A DNA stretch of 53,715 bases. Source: Candidatus Bathyarchaeia archaeon (GTDB taxonomy: Archaea; Thermoproteota; Bathyarchaeia; Bathyarchaeales; Bathycorpusculaceae). Location of the stretch: positions 1-53,715 of the forward strand of contig JBEKWR010000024.1 in NCBI GenBank assembly GCA_049512935.1. The letters run 5' to 3'. The notes beneath the pieces were generated by a model that was not told where the DNA came from, ran no database searches, and saw only the letters and a program-made list of their open reading frames with translations. Every line of letters starts with the position of its first letter. The first letter of the stretch is position 1. The position numbers and the translations under genes were made by a program. Positions 8,585 through 18,582 of this stretch are shown in pieces.

Positions 8585-10882
8585 ATGGCAGGTTTATCTT
8601 TGCGCGTAAAACTCAATGTTATGGGTATCGTTCAGGGCGTCGGTTTCCGCCCCTTTGTGTACCGAATTGCGGTTGCAAACGGTTTGGCAGGTTACGTTCG
8701 GAACAGGGGCGACGCGGGCGTTGAAATCCTCCTTGAGGGCGACGCGCAGGCAATCAAGGTTTTCATGCGTGACCTTACTGGGAAGAAGCCGCCGCTGGCG
8801 CAGATCGACAAGGTCCGATCAGTGGAGCTTTCAGGCGCGAGCCAGTACGGCGAGTTCACGATCTGCAAAAGTTCCGACGAGGCGGAGCTGGCTGGCTCAA
8901 TCATCCCGCCTGACATCGCCATCTGCAACGAGTGCCTCGCTGAGCTGCGTGACCCCAAAAACCCGCGGTTCGAGTACTTTTTCATCACCTGCACCAACTG
9001 CGGACCACGCTTCACAATCATCGAGCGGTTGCCATACGACCGCGAAAACACCACCATGCGCGAGTTTCCCCTCTGCGGCTTCTGCCAACGAGAGTACGAT
9101 GACCCAGCGAACAGGCGGTTCCACGCGCAAACCGTCGCGTGCCCACCCTGCGGACCTCGGGCTTACCTGGCAACGCGCGGCGGCGAACCCGTTGAGGCAA
9201 AAGACCCAGTGCGTGAAGCTGGGCGGCTGCTCAGTGAAGGCAACGTGCTTGCGGTGAAAGGCTACGGCGGATTCCACATTGCCTGCTCAACCCTGCTGGA
9301 TAAGCCGTTGAATGCGCTTCGAGCTACGAAGCACAGGCGCGAGAAACCCTTCGCCGTCATGGCAAGAAGCTTGGAGGCTGCAAAATGCTTTGCCGAAGTA
9401 GGTTCGAAGGAGCAGGAGCTGCTTCAGTCGCCCATGCGACCCATCGTGCTGCTCAACAAGAGCCAAAGCTACGGTCTTTCGCCGCTGGTTGCGCCGAGCC
9501 TGCACAACGTCGGCGTCATGCTGCCCTACACTGGTCTGCACTACATGCTCTTCGACAGGGTAGACGACCCCGCGTTCGTGATGACCAGCGCCAACCCGCC
9601 GAACCAGCCCATCGTCTACGACAACGACCAAGCCCTCAAAACACTCGGCGGCACGGTGGATTACTTCCTGTTTCACAACCGCAAAATCGCGCATCGATGC
9701 GACGACTCGGTCATGCGGGTCCACGGAACCCGCCAGGTCTTTATCCGCAGAAGCCGCGGCTACGCTCCCGCGCCCGTACGTCTTAAGGCGAAGGCGAAGC
9801 GTTGCGTCTTGGGCTTAGGCGGAGAACTGAACAACACTGCATGTGTTTTTCTTGAAGACAAAGCCTTCATCAGCCAGCACATCGGCGACGTGGAAAACGT
9901 GGAAACCCGCAGTTTCCTCCAAGAAGCGGCACGTCACCTCCAAAGCTTAACCAACTGCCACGCTGAAACCGTCGTCTGCGATCTGCACCCCAAATTCACC
10001 ACGACCTCTCTTGCCAGGGAGATGGCGGAGGCGGATGGGTTGCCGCTCATTCAGGTGCAGCATCATCACGCCCACGCAGCGGCTTTAATGGCGGAGCACA
10101 ACTTGGAAGAAGCCGTCAGCGTCGTCTGCGACGGGTACGGCTACGGCTTGGACGGCGGCGCCTGGGGAGGCGAAATCCTTTTCTGCACACGGGATTCGGC
10201 GAAGTTTAAGCGTCTAGGTCACTTGGAGCCTCAGCCGCTTCTCGGCGGCGACGTGGCTAGCCGTTACCCCTTGCGTGTGGCTGCTGGAATGCTTGCGAAG
10301 GCAGGCGTTGACGTTGAGAGCTGGCTCATGCAGAACAGCGCCCATTTGCCGTTCGGCGCAACCGAGGCGAACCTGATTCTTGACCAGCTTGGCAAAGGCT
10401 TAGGCGCGGTTGAAACGACGAGTTGCGGCAGGGTTCTGGACGCCGTCGCAGCCGTCCTCGGCGTGTCTTACGAGCGCAGCTACGAAGGGGAACCCGCCAT
10501 GAAACTGGAGTCCGCCGCTGTGAGAGGCAAGGACGTTTTGAAGCTCAAGCCCATCCTGCACGGGGAAACCTTGGAGTCAACATACCTGCTGAAGTCAATC
10601 TTCGAGAACAAAAACAAGTTCGCCACCGGAGACCTTGCCTTCTCCGCCCACGCCTACTTGGCAAAGGGTCTCGGTATCTTGGCGGTTGAGAAAGCCATGG
10701 TCCTTGATGTCAAAAACATCGGTTTTTCAGGCGGCGCCGCGTGCAACCAGATCCTCGCGAAGGTCATGCGGAAAACGGTCGAGGATGCGGGACTGCGTTT
10801 CTTGGTGCATGAGGCTGTTCCAGCGGGTGACGGCGGGGTTTCGTTCGGTCAGGCTGTTGTAGGTGGCTTTTCAAGGTTTTAG
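8585..10882 (+). CDS. hypF: Carbamoyltransferase HypF
   Basis: Acylphosphatase GIVQGVGFRPF, two CxxC...CxxC Zn fingers, QHHHAH, PAGDGGVSFGQ. Confidence 0.97.
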   Translation: MAGLSLRVKLNVMGIVQGVGFRPFVYRIAVANGLAGYVRNRGDAGVEILLEGDAQAIKVFMRDLTGKKPPLAQIDKVRSVELSGASQYGEFTICKSSDEAELAGSIIPPDIAICNECLAELRDPKNPRFEYFFITCTNCGPRFTIIERLPYDRENTTMREFPLCGFCQREYDDPANRRFHAQTVACPPCGPRAYLATRGGEPVEAKDPVREAGRLLSEGNVLAVKGYGGFHIACSTLLDKPLNALRATKHRREKPFAVMARSLEAAKCFAEVGSKEQELLQSPMRPIVLLNKSQSYGLSPLVAPSLHNVGVMLPYTGLHYMLFDRVDDPAFVMTSANPPNQPIVYDNDQALKTLGGTVDYFLFHNRKIAHRCDDSVMRVHGTRQVFIRRSRGYAPAPVRLKAKAKRCVLGLGGELNNTACVFLEDKAFISQHIGDVENVETRSFLQEAARHLQSLTNCHAETVVCDLHPKFTTTSLAREMAEADGLPLIQVQHHHAHAAALMAEHNLEEAVSVVCDGYGYGLDGGAWGGEILFCTRDSAKFKRLGHLEPQPLLGGDVASRYPLRVAAGMLAKAGVDVESWLMQNSAHLPFGATEANLILDQLGKGLGAVETTSCGRVLDAVAAVLGVSYERSYEGEPAMKLESAAVRGKDVLKLKPILHGETLESTYLLKSIFENKNKFATGDLAFSAHAYLAKGLGILAVEKAMVLDVKNIGFSGGAACNQILAKVMRKTVEDAGLRFLVHEAVPAGDGGVSFGQAVVGGFSRF

Positions 10883-10931
10883 ACCAATCTCTTTTTATCG
10901 CCCGATAAAGCGTCTTTAATAATTGATAGTT

Positions 10932-11153
10932 ATGTGTCTTGCAATTCCCGCTAAAGTGTTAAGTCTTCTAGGCGAGAAAGCCAGCGTGGATTTTGGTCAA
11001 GGCGTACTACGGGAAGTTAACGTGTCGCTTGTTGAGGCTAAAGTGGGCGATTATGTTCTGGTACACGCGGGCTACGCGATTCAAATAGTCAGCGAAGAAG
11101 ACGCGAAAGAAACCCTGAGCTTGTGGAACAGCGTTCTCGAAGCTGGCCAATAA
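10932..11153 (+). CDS. hypC: Hydrogenase assembly chaperone HypC
   Basis: MCLAIPAKV start and VGDYVLVHAGYAI. Confidence 0.97.
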   Translation: MCLAIPAKVLSLLGEKASVDFGQGVLREVNVSLVEAKVGDYVLVHAGYAIQIVSEEDAKETLSLWNSVLEAGQ

Positions 11154-11174
11154 GCGGCGGCGGAGGCGTTTGGC

Positions 11175-12263
11175 GTGGCTGAAAACCTGAAGTTTCGAAA
11201 CCCTCAGTTAGCCCAGAACATAGCCTTAAAAATCAAAAGCTTAGCGCCTAAGGCTGGAAAAGTTAAAATCTGCCACGTCTGCGGCACTCACGAGTGGACT
11301 ATCACGCATTTTGGGTTGCGCAGCCTTTTGCCTGAGAACGTTGAGGTCATCGCTGGTCCCGGCTGCCCCGTCTGCGTTGTGCCCGCGGCTGAAATTGACG
11401 AGGCGGTGCAACTCGCGAAGAAAGGCGTGGTGGTGACCTGTTTCGGCGATGTTCTTCGTGTGCCCGGCAGTCAAATGTCACTTTTGGAGGCTAAAGCCGC
11501 TGGCGCTGATGTGCGGATAGTCTACGCGGTCTCCGACGCGGTTGAAATGGCTAAGCGTGAACCGGGCAAGCAGTTCGCCTTTTTCGCGGTCGGCTTCGAA
11601 ACCACGGCTCCGTCAACCGCGGTTGAAGTGCTCCATAGGCCGCCGAAAAACCTCAGTTTTCTTGTTTCTCACCGTCTGATTCCGCCCGCAATGGAGTTGC
11701 TGCTCGGCGTTGGCGACCTGCAGATTGACGGGTTCATCGCGCCAGGGCATGTGAGCGCCATCATCGGGCTTAAGCCTTACGAGCTGTTCCCACGGGTTTA
11801 TCGGATGCCCACGGTTGTGGCTGGTTTCGAGCCGATCGACGTTTTGATGTCGATTTACATGATTGTGAAGCAGCAAGCCGAAGGAACTGCCCGGCTGGAG
11901 AATGAGTATCCCCGCGTGGTTAAGCCTGAAGGCAACCCTAAAGCGCTGGAGATGATGAAGGAAGCGTTCTCGGTTACGGCTGGGAATTGGCGTGGCATCG
12001 GCAGGCTTCCCGACTCAGCGTTGCAGCTGCGCGAGGCGCTGGCAGAGTATGACGCTCGGCTTAAGCATGATGTCCACGTTGAGCAGGGAAAAGACATACT
12101 TCTTGGCTGCGAATGCCACCTTGTAATCATCGGAAAAATTAAACCAAACGAGTGCCCCATGTTCCTGAAGGCATGCAAGCCCGAGAAACCCGTCGGCGCA
12201 TGCATGGTCAGCAACGAAGGCACATGCCGCGTCTGGGCAAAAAACGTAGCTGTTCAAGTCTGA
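11175..12263 (+). CDS. hypD: Hydrogenase formation protein HypD
   Basis: CGTHE, GPGCPVC, GFETT, PGHVS and C-terminal Fe-S cysteines. Confidence 0.97.
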   Translation: MAENLKFRNPQLAQNIALKIKSLAPKAGKVKICHVCGTHEWTITHFGLRSLLPENVEVIAGPGCPVCVVPAAEIDEAVQLAKKGVVVTCFGDVLRVPGSQMSLLEAKAAGADVRIVYAVSDAVEMAKREPGKQFAFFAVGFETTAPSTAVEVLHRPPKNLSFLVSHRLIPPAMELLLGVGDLQIDGFIAPGHVSAIIGLKPYELFPRVYRMPTVVAGFEPIDVLMSIYMIVKQQAEGTARLENEYPRVVKPEGNPKALEMMKEAFSVTAGNWRGIGRLPDSALQLREALAEYDARLKHDVHVEQGKDILLGCECHLVIIGKIKPNECPMFLKACKPEKPVGACMVSNEGTCRVWAKNVAVQV

Positions 12264-12381
12264 CTGAACCTAAGGAAGTTGGCTTTTCACAGTTTTTGTA
12301 ATTTAAGCGAGGGTTCAAAGTTTGTCACTTGGAACATTTAAATGACAAACTTTTTTAAAAAGTGTGTCAATAGAATTCTCT

Positions 12382-13674
12382 ATGAACGTAGAAGAGCTTA
12401 AAGGCATAATCACTTCACAACGTGAATCTCTTGACGGACTCTTCAAAGAAGAGAAAATCATCGAAAGGGAACTCGACAAGAACCACGTCAGAAGTTTTCT
12501 TGCAAAGCCAAACGTGTTAGCCATTCTCGGCGTGAGACGCTGCGGTAAATCAATTTATTCCTTGTTGCTGCTAAAGGGTGAAAAATTCGGGTACATAAAC
12601 TTCTTTGACGAACGATTGTTTGGGTTGACAACTGATGAGCTAGACAAAATTGTTAAAGCTTTTTACGAATTGTACGGCAACGATGTAGAGTACTTTGTTT
12701 TTGATGAAATCCAAAAGGTTCTTGGCTGGGAACGGTTCGTAAGTAGACTAAGAACATCAAACAAAATCATAATTACGGGAAGCAACTCCGACCTTCTACG
12801 TGGTGACCTTGCCTCGTTTTTAACGGGGCGACATGTTGATGTTGAACTCTTGCCATTCAGTTTCAAGGAATATTTGTTAGCTACAGGCGTTGCGCTGGAT
12901 GCGAATTGGGAATATTCGACAAAGTCTGTTGCCACTGTGAAGAAGGCACTTTCAGAATTTATGGAAAAAGGCGGCTTCCCGGAAGTTGCCAAGTTCGGAA
13001 CAATAATGCTCAGCCAAATCTACAAAGACATGATAGACAACGACATAATTAGCCATCATAAGTTGAGAAATCCCCAAAGCCTGAGGGAACTTGCAAAGTT
13101 TCTGATATCAAACACGGGGCGAGAAGTGACATTTAACAGTTTGCGAACGACTTTGGGGATAAAAAATGTGCACACCATTGCAAAGTACAGCGCCTACATC
13201 GCTGATTCGTACCTTATTTATCTGCAAGAACGTTTTTCATACAAATTGAAAGAGCAGTTTATAGCACCAAAAAAAGTCTACTGCGTAGATGTCGGCCTCG
13301 CCAACAATGTGGCTTTCAAGTTAAGCAAAGAAACTGGTAGAGTGATGGAAAACATCGTTTTTCTAGAGCTGCTGAGAAGAAAATTCTATGTCCATTCCGA
13401 CTGGGAGCTATACTATTGGAAAGACCACAGGGGTAGAGAAGTTGATTTTGTCGTGAAACACGCCGACAAAGTTGAGGAACTCATACAGGTGACCTACGCC
13501 TCGGGAAAAAACGAAATAAGCGAACGGGAAACTGTGGCATTAGAAATTGCGTGTAAGGAGTTAAAGTGTGACAACCTTCTCGTAATCACATGGGACTATG
13601 AAGGAGCTCAATCGATAGGCGGCAAAACCGTAACTTTTGTCCCGCTCTGGAAATGGCTATTGAAAACCGCCTAA
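12382..13674 (+). CDS. AAA+ ATPase (AAA_14 + DUF4143 type)
   Basis: Walker A GVRRCGKS, Walker B FDEIQ, TGS, GGFPE, KVYCVDVGL, EN.VFLEL, EVDFV. Confidence 0.92.
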   Translation: MNVEELKGIITSQRESLDGLFKEEKIIERELDKNHVRSFLAKPNVLAILGVRRCGKSIYSLLLLKGEKFGYINFFDERLFGLTTDELDKIVKAFYELYGNDVEYFVFDEIQKVLGWERFVSRLRTSNKIIITGSNSDLLRGDLASFLTGRHVDVELLPFSFKEYLLATGVALDANWEYSTKSVATVKKALSEFMEKGGFPEVAKFGTIMLSQIYKDMIDNDIISHHKLRNPQSLRELAKFLISNTGREVTFNSLRTTLGIKNVHTIAKYSAYIADSYLIYLQERFSYKLKEQFIAPKKVYCVDVGLANNVAFKLSKETGRVMENIVFLELLRRKFYVHSDWELYYWKDHRGREVDFVVKHADKVEELIQVTYASGKNEISERETVALEIACKELKCDNLLVITWDYEGAQSIGGKTVTFVPLWKWLLKTA

Positions 13675-13677
13675 TGC

Positions 13678-14745
13678 TCAGCATATTCTTGGTACTGGGT
13701 CGCCGATGGGTCTTGCGATTATTCTTTTGCCGCCGACCTCTGTTTGCATGGCGACGCCTTTGAACTGGGTTGTGGCTTCGCCGATTATCTGCGCGTTTTT
13801 AGCTTCTTCAGTCTGCCTCAAAAACCCGAGGGCTTCCTGCGCTTTCTCCTTGACGACGCCGACTATGTATTTGCCCTCGTTTCCCACTTCCAGCGGGTCA
13901 AGCCCGAGCATGTCGCACGCAGCCTGAACATCCTCGCGAATAGGCACCTTGTCCTCGTGGATCAGGATGCCGACTTTGCTTTTTTCAGCCCACTCGTTAA
14001 GCGCGTCAGCCAAGCCGCCTCGGGTCGGGTCTTTGAGGGCAACGACGCCGCCTACTTCGCCGAGCAAACGCTGCGTCATACAGTTGAGCGGTCGCACATC
14101 CGACTTTATTTCGCTGCCAAACGTCAAGCCCTGCTGAGCTGAAAGCACGGCTAACCCGTGGTCGCCGATTGTCCCCGTAAGAATGATTTTGTCGCCTTCG
14201 GCTATGTTGGAGTCCAGTGTCCAGCGTGCCGCGACGTTTCGGTACTGCCTCGCCACTTTCAGGTCGCTGTCTAAGGCTGGGGTTCTTTTGCCGATTCCCG
14301 AAACGTTCATGACTAAGCCGCCCAGCGCGCCCTTCTCCACGACCTTCGTGTCTCCCGTCACTATACCGACGCCCGCTTCAACGCATGTGTCATGCATGCT
14401 CTTCAAAATCCGTTCCAAATCTGAAATGAGTAAGCCTTCTTCCAGGATGAGCCCGCAAGCCAACGCGTACGGCATCGCGCCCATGGCTGAAATGTCATTA
14501 ACTGTGCCCGAAATAGAAAGGCGCCCGATGTCGCCGCCTGGGAAAAATATGGGTTTAACCGCGTGAGAATCGCTTTTGAAGACGATGTCGCCGATGACTG
14601 CAGCGTCATCCATAGCTTCCAAGGGCACCTCGGCAACGTTGCCTAAGCCGCCGAAATATTTCACAATGTAGTTTTTGACAAGGTTATGCATGACTGTGCC
14701 GCCAGCGCCATGCAGCATCGTTATCTTTTCTTCTTTGCCAGACAT
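13678..14745 (-). CDS. hypE: Hydrogenase maturation protein HypE
   Basis: HGAGG, PIFFPGGDIG, TGDTKV, DPTRGG and C-terminal PRIC. Confidence 0.97.
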   Translation of the reverse strand: MSGKEEKITMLHGAGGTVMHNLVKNYIVKYFGGLGNVAEVPLEAMDDAAVIGDIVFKSDSHAVKPIFFPGGDIGRLSISGTVNDISAMGAMPYALACGLILEEGLLISDLERILKSMHDTCVEAGVGIVTGDTKVVEKGALGGLVMNVSGIGKRTPALDSDLKVARQYRNVAARWTLDSNIAEGDKIILTGTIGDHGLAVLSAQQGLTFGSEIKSDVRPLNCMTQRLLGEVGGVVALKDPTRGGLADALNEWAEKSKVGILIHEDKVPIREDVQAACDMLGLDPLEVGNEGKYIVGVVKEKAQEALGFLRQTEEAKNAQIIGEATTQFKGVAMQTEVGGKRIIARPIGDPVPRIC

Positions 14746-15038
14746 TTTCAGTTGCTTCCCGATTGACAGATGCAATAGCAAATAAGTAAAACATAAACAA
14801 ATCGCAGTTTGAAAGAATTTCTATTTAAACAAAATCTTATCTTGCGATTAAAACCACTCAAGCCGAACAAGAAATAAAAGAAGGGTCAACAGTTAATTTG
14901 GAAGAATTCATAAAAGAGTTAGGATGCTGATTTTTTCTTGTTTGACGCAAAGGTCCTGATCATTTTTGCAATAAAAAGAAAATTAGTATTAGTAAATGTT
15001 TTATAGTATTTTGACTAATAATTTAGTAGGCTACCAAT

Positions 15039-15299
15039 ATGGCTTACGAAGTTAAAGTTACCCGCCAATGTCAAACCACAATTCCAAGCGCCATCAGAAA
15101 AAAATACAAGATTGACGAGGGCGATACTGTAATCTACGTTGACCTAGGGGATCACATAGCCATCGTGCCAGTCTCCAAGCAACCCCTCAAAGACCTAAAA
15201 AACCTCAAAATTGATGCAAAAGAATCCGTCTCCGAAATTCGAAAAGAAGCTCTGCAAACAGCACAGAGGCTTGTTGACAAAAAATTCAGTGGTGACTGA
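15039..15299 (+). CDS. vapB: AbrB/MazE-type antitoxin (VapB)
   Basis: VKVTRQCQTTIPSAIRKKYKIDEGD swapped-hairpin motif. Confidence 0.88.
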   Translation: MAYEVKVTRQCQTTIPSAIRKKYKIDEGDTVIYVDLGDHIAIVPVSKQPLKDLKNLKIDAKESVSEIRKEALQTAQRLVDKKFSGD

Positions 15300-15718
15300 A
15301 ATTCCTGATTGAATCAGACCTCATAATAGCTGTCATCAAAAAGGAGGACCGATTAAAACCTGCAGCTGAAAGAATCCTTGAGAAGATAAACTCAGGGGAA
15401 CTCAGAGGCGTTTACGCTTCAACCGCGGCCATTCAAGAAGTCATTTTTTGGTTATACAATAGACAATTGCTCAGCGAGTTATCCGTAGCTGTGAACTTCC
15501 TGTCGCATCTGCAGAATGTGGAGTGGATTGCAGTTACGCCTGAAATATGCTTAACAGCTTCACTTTTAATTAATGAAAACAAGCTCTCGCCGTTTGATGC
15601 ATACCATGCAGCAACAGCCATACCCCGAGACAAAACAATTCTCAGTACCGAACACGTATACGACAAAATCAAAGGCATAACAAGAATAGAACCCGTTAAG
15701 TTTGCCGAAAACCTCTAA
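15296..15718 (+). CDS. vapC: PIN-domain toxin VapC (probable CTG start)
   Basis: The frame of ORF 15467 extends upstream to CTG-KFLIESDLIIA...STAAIQE and contains LSPFDAYHAATA. The CTG overlaps the antitoxin stop. Confidence 0.85.
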   Translation: MKFLIESDLIIAVIKKEDRLKPAAERILEKINSGELRGVYASTAAIQEVIFWLYNRQLLSELSVAVNFLSHLQNVEWIAVTPEICLTASLLINENKLSPFDAYHAATAIPRDKTILSTEHVYDKIKGITRIEPVKFAENL

Positions 15719-15941
15719 GATGCAATTGACGGCGAGCGGGGTTTGAAATCTCGACCTCAGCATTTAATTCTTGAAAAGTAACTGCACAGAAAAACGGGGC
15801 TATATAGTGGTAACAGATTTTTTTGGGTAAACTATAAAAGGCGAAACCGTTATCCAAACTTGTACACCTCACAGGAACGAACCCGCCCACGTTCAAGGGC
15901 TAACTTAAGGGTCGACTCAGTCGAAACTTTTGTTTTGATAC

Positions 15942-15957
15942 GGAAAGCCATATAAAT
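15942..15957 (+). promoter_or_regulatory. BRE/TATA promoter of the ribosomal protein operon
   Basis: GGAAAGCCATATAAAT about 40 nt upstream of the rpl22 ATG. Confidence 0.55.
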
Positions 15958-15995
15958 TGCTTTTACGTGTTTGTTTGCGCATCGGAGATGTAAAA

Positions 15996-16481
15996 ATGCC
16001 AAAATGGGGATACTCAGTAATCGACGAAATGCTTAATCCAGAAAAAACAGCGAAAGCCAGCGGCAGAGAACTAAAAGTATCCCATAAAGCCTCACGAGAA
16101 ATATGCCACGCCATCAAAGGCATGATGCTTAACAATGCGAAGCAGTATCTGCGCGATGTGCAAGCAAAAAAGAAATCTATTCCCTACATGCGATACAACA
16201 AGAAGCTACCTCACAGGCACGGGCAAGTGAACAGTTTTTCTGGAAGATACCCCATCAAGGCGTGCGGAAAAATCCTTGGCGTTTTGCAGTCTGCACAGGC
16301 TAACGCGGAAAACAAGGGTTTAGACGTGGATCGTTTGCGCATAATACATGCAGCGGCGTACCAAGGCATTAAAATGAAGCGTTTCGCGGTGAGAGCCCAA
16401 GGCAGGTCCTCGCCGAAATACGACACAACAACGCATGTCGAAATCGTGCTTGATGAGAAACCCACCACAGGAGAAAAATAA
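15996..16481 (+). CDS. rpl22: 50S ribosomal protein L22 (uL22)
   Basis: MPKWGYS..., SHKASREIC, GRYPIKA, RAQGRSSP. Confidence 0.96.
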   Translation: MPKWGYSVIDEMLNPEKTAKASGRELKVSHKASREICHAIKGMMLNNAKQYLRDVQAKKKSIPYMRYNKKLPHRHGQVNSFSGRYPIKACGKILGVLQSAQANAENKGLDVDRLRIIHAAAYQGIKMKRFAVRAQGRSSPKYDTTTHVEIVLDEKPTTGEK

Positions 16482-17222
16482 ATGAGTATAGTCAAACGTT
16501 TTATCACAGAATCAATTAAAAGAACGGAAATTGATGAATTTTTACAAAAGAAGCTTGACCGAGCTGGATACGGCGGTGTAAACATTTCTAAAACGCCGCT
16601 TGGAACCCACGTGGTTATCTACGCGATGCGTCCAGGCTTGGTCATAGGCAGGGGCGGAGAGACAATAAAGGATCTTGCCTCGTCGCTTGAACAAAACTTC
16701 AAAGTTACTAACCCTCAGATTTCGGTTTCTGAAATTGAGGTTCCCGAATTCAACGCGTACGTTATTGCGTCGCGTGTTGCGTCAGCGCTTCAGCGAGGTG
16801 TTCATTTTAGGCGAGCTGGTTTTTGGGCGCTCAACCAAGTCATGGAGGCAGGTGCGCTTGGCGCTGAAATAGTTATCAGCGGAAAACTTACCACTGAACG
16901 GGCGCGTTTCGAAAAGTTCCGAGCTGGCTACTTCCCAAGATGCGGAGAACCAGCGCTTGTAGCAATGAGGAAGGCTGAGGCTCACGTTCAACTCAAGCCA
17001 GGCATCATTGGGGTGCGAGTAAAAATTATGCCGCCAGACGCTTATTTCCCTGACAGAATCAAAGTTTGCGAGGCGGCTCCACCGGAAGAAGCCGTCGCAG
17101 TTCCTGAGCAGGCTCCTGCGCAGCCGGCAGAGGCGAAAACAGCAGCGGAGATTGTGGAGGAACCTGCGGTGGAGGCAAAAGAAGTTCCAGACGTTCCGAA
17201 AAGTCAGGAGGCAAAACAGTAA
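16482..17222 (+). CDS. rps3: 30S ribosomal protein S3 (uS3)
   Basis: KH domain RPGLVIGRGG, GAEIVISGKL; acidic C-terminal tail. Confidence 0.97.
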   Translation: MSIVKRFITESIKRTEIDEFLQKKLDRAGYGGVNISKTPLGTHVVIYAMRPGLVIGRGGETIKDLASSLEQNFKVTNPQISVSEIEVPEFNAYVIASRVASALQRGVHFRRAGFWALNQVMEAGALGAEIVISGKLTTERARFEKFRAGYFPRCGEPALVAMRKAEAHVQLKPGIIGVRVKIMPPDAYFPDRIKVCEAAPPEEAVAVPEQAPAQPAEAKTAAEIVEEPAVEAKEVPDVPKSQEAKQ

Positions 17223-17530
17223 TGGCGATAATTCGGCTTAAAGAAATCCAGGGTATGTCCTCTGAGGACAGAGCGAAAAAACTTGTCGATTTGCGCGTTG
17301 AACTTGCCCGAATCAAAACGATGGTTAACGCGGGCGGCGCTGTTGAAAACCCAACCAAGGTAAGGGAACTGCGAAAAACAATCGCTCAAATACTCACGGT
17401 GGAAAACGAGAAAAAACTCGGCATCGGGAAAGGCGCCAAGGAAGAAGAGGAAAAACCGAAGAAGAAGGCTGAGAAGCCAGCGAAGGCGGCTAAGGCTAAG
17501 AAGGAAGCTGAGGAGACCGAGTCTGAATGA
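17222..17530 (+). CDS. rpl29: 50S ribosomal protein L29 (uL29)
   Basis: ENPTKVRELRKTIAQILT and operon position. Confidence 0.95.
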   Translation: MAIIRLKEIQGMSSEDRAKKLVDLRVELARIKTMVNAGGAVENPTKVRELRKTIAQILTVENEKKLGIGKGAKEEEEKPKKKAEKPAKAAKAKKEAEETESE

Positions 17531-17808
17531 AAGTGACTTCGGACGTTATCCGCTGCGAATTTATCGGCACTGAGGGTAAAGTCGCGAAAAGCCCGCATGA
17601 AGACTACGTCGGCGTGGGCGGCAAAGTGATACGCGAAACAAAAAACACCTTAACCTTCCTAAACCAAGGTCAAAGAAGAAGCATCATAAAGGAATCCGCC
17701 ATCTTCAACTTCAAATTTGACGACGGCACGATCGTTCAGATTGACGGTAAACTTTTGGTCGGCAGACCAGAAGACCGACTTAAAAAAAGCATTAAGAGGT
17801 TATGGTAA
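17527..17808 (+). CDS. rnp1: RNase P protein component 1 (Rpp29/Pop4)
   Basis: EFIG...GKVIRETKNT...GRPEDRLK; conserved position between L29 and S17. Confidence 0.93.
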   Translation: MKVTSDVIRCEFIGTEGKVAKSPHEDYVGVGGKVIRETKNTLTFLNQGQRRSIIKESAIFNFKFDDGTIVQIDGKLLVGRPEDRLKKSIKRLW

Positions 17809-18128
17809 TGTCAATGAATTTTAAGCAACCTAAGAAAACCTGTGACGACCGAAACTGCCCATTCCACGGAACTCTCGCTATAAGAGGACGAGTTCTTGAC
17901 GGCATCGTTCACACGGCAAAAATGGATAAGACAATCATAGTTGACAGGGAATTCTTGCAGTTCGCGTCGAAATTCCAAAGGTACGAGCGAAGACACGGTC
18001 ACATCCCCTCTCACAATCCCCCATGCATCGACGTCAAAGAGGGAGACCGAGTACGAATCGCCGAGTGCAGGCCAATAAGCAAAACCGTTTCGTTTGTTGT
18101 TGTTGAAAAATTAGGAGAGGAAAAGTAA
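17808..18128 (+). CDS. rps17: 30S ribosomal protein S17 (uS17)
   Basis: CDDRNCPFHG, ECRPISKT. Alternative ATG at 17802. Confidence 0.96.
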   Translation: MSMNFKQPKKTCDDRNCPFHGTLAIRGRVLDGIVHTAKMDKTIIVDREFLQFASKFQRYERRHGHIPSHNPPCIDVKEGDRVRIAECRPISKTVSFVVVEKLGEEK

Positions 18129-18129
18129 A

Positions 18130-18570
18130 ATGGCTGCGAAAGCAAAACAAAGAGCACTTGTCGCAAAAGGCATGCTTTCTCACGGAAACAAGATTAGCCG
18201 CGGTCTTCTGGCAGGTTCAGAGATGCGGTGCGCGGACAACACTGGAGCACGAGTTCTCCGTTTAATTCAGGCTATGGGCTACAAAGGCAGGCTCAGACGT
18301 TACCCCTCAGCCACCGTAGGCGACAAAGTAACAGTGTCGGTTAGGCAAGGGTCACCAGACATGAGAAAAAAGATTTTCCAAGCGGTCGTTGTTCGCCAAA
18401 GGAAAACTTTCCGCCGTGTTGACGGCGTTTGGGTTCAGTTTGAAGATAACGCGGCGGTAATCATCACTCCTGAAGGCGAAATGAAGGGTTCAGAAATTAG
18501 GGGTCCAGTGGCGCGAGAGGCAGCCGAAAGATGGCCAAGAATCGCAAGTGCCTCAAGCATTATAGTGTAG
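18130..18570 (+). CDS. rpl14: 50S ribosomal protein L14 (uL14)
   Basis: CADNTGA, FEDNAAV, GPVAREAAERWPRI. Confidence 0.97.
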   Translation: MAAKAKQRALVAKGMLSHGNKISRGLLAGSEMRCADNTGARVLRLIQAMGYKGRLRRYPSATVGDKVTVSVRQGSPDMRKKIFQAVVVRQRKTFRRVDGVWVQFEDNAAVIITPEGEMKGSEIRGPVAREAAERWPRIASASSIIV

Positions 18571-18582
18571 GAGCCAAAGGTT

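Noticed and set aside
7123-14636. Numerous overlapping alternative-frame and antisense ORFs in GC-rich genes (also in the ribosomal and viral genes)
   Set aside because: Shadow ORFs of well-supported genes, with no independent motifs or start signals.
15860-15925. H/ACA-like RNA on the minus strand upstream of rpl22
   Set aside because: A GAACG/CGTTC stem and a downstream ACA exist, but the basal stem and K-turn are unconvincing.
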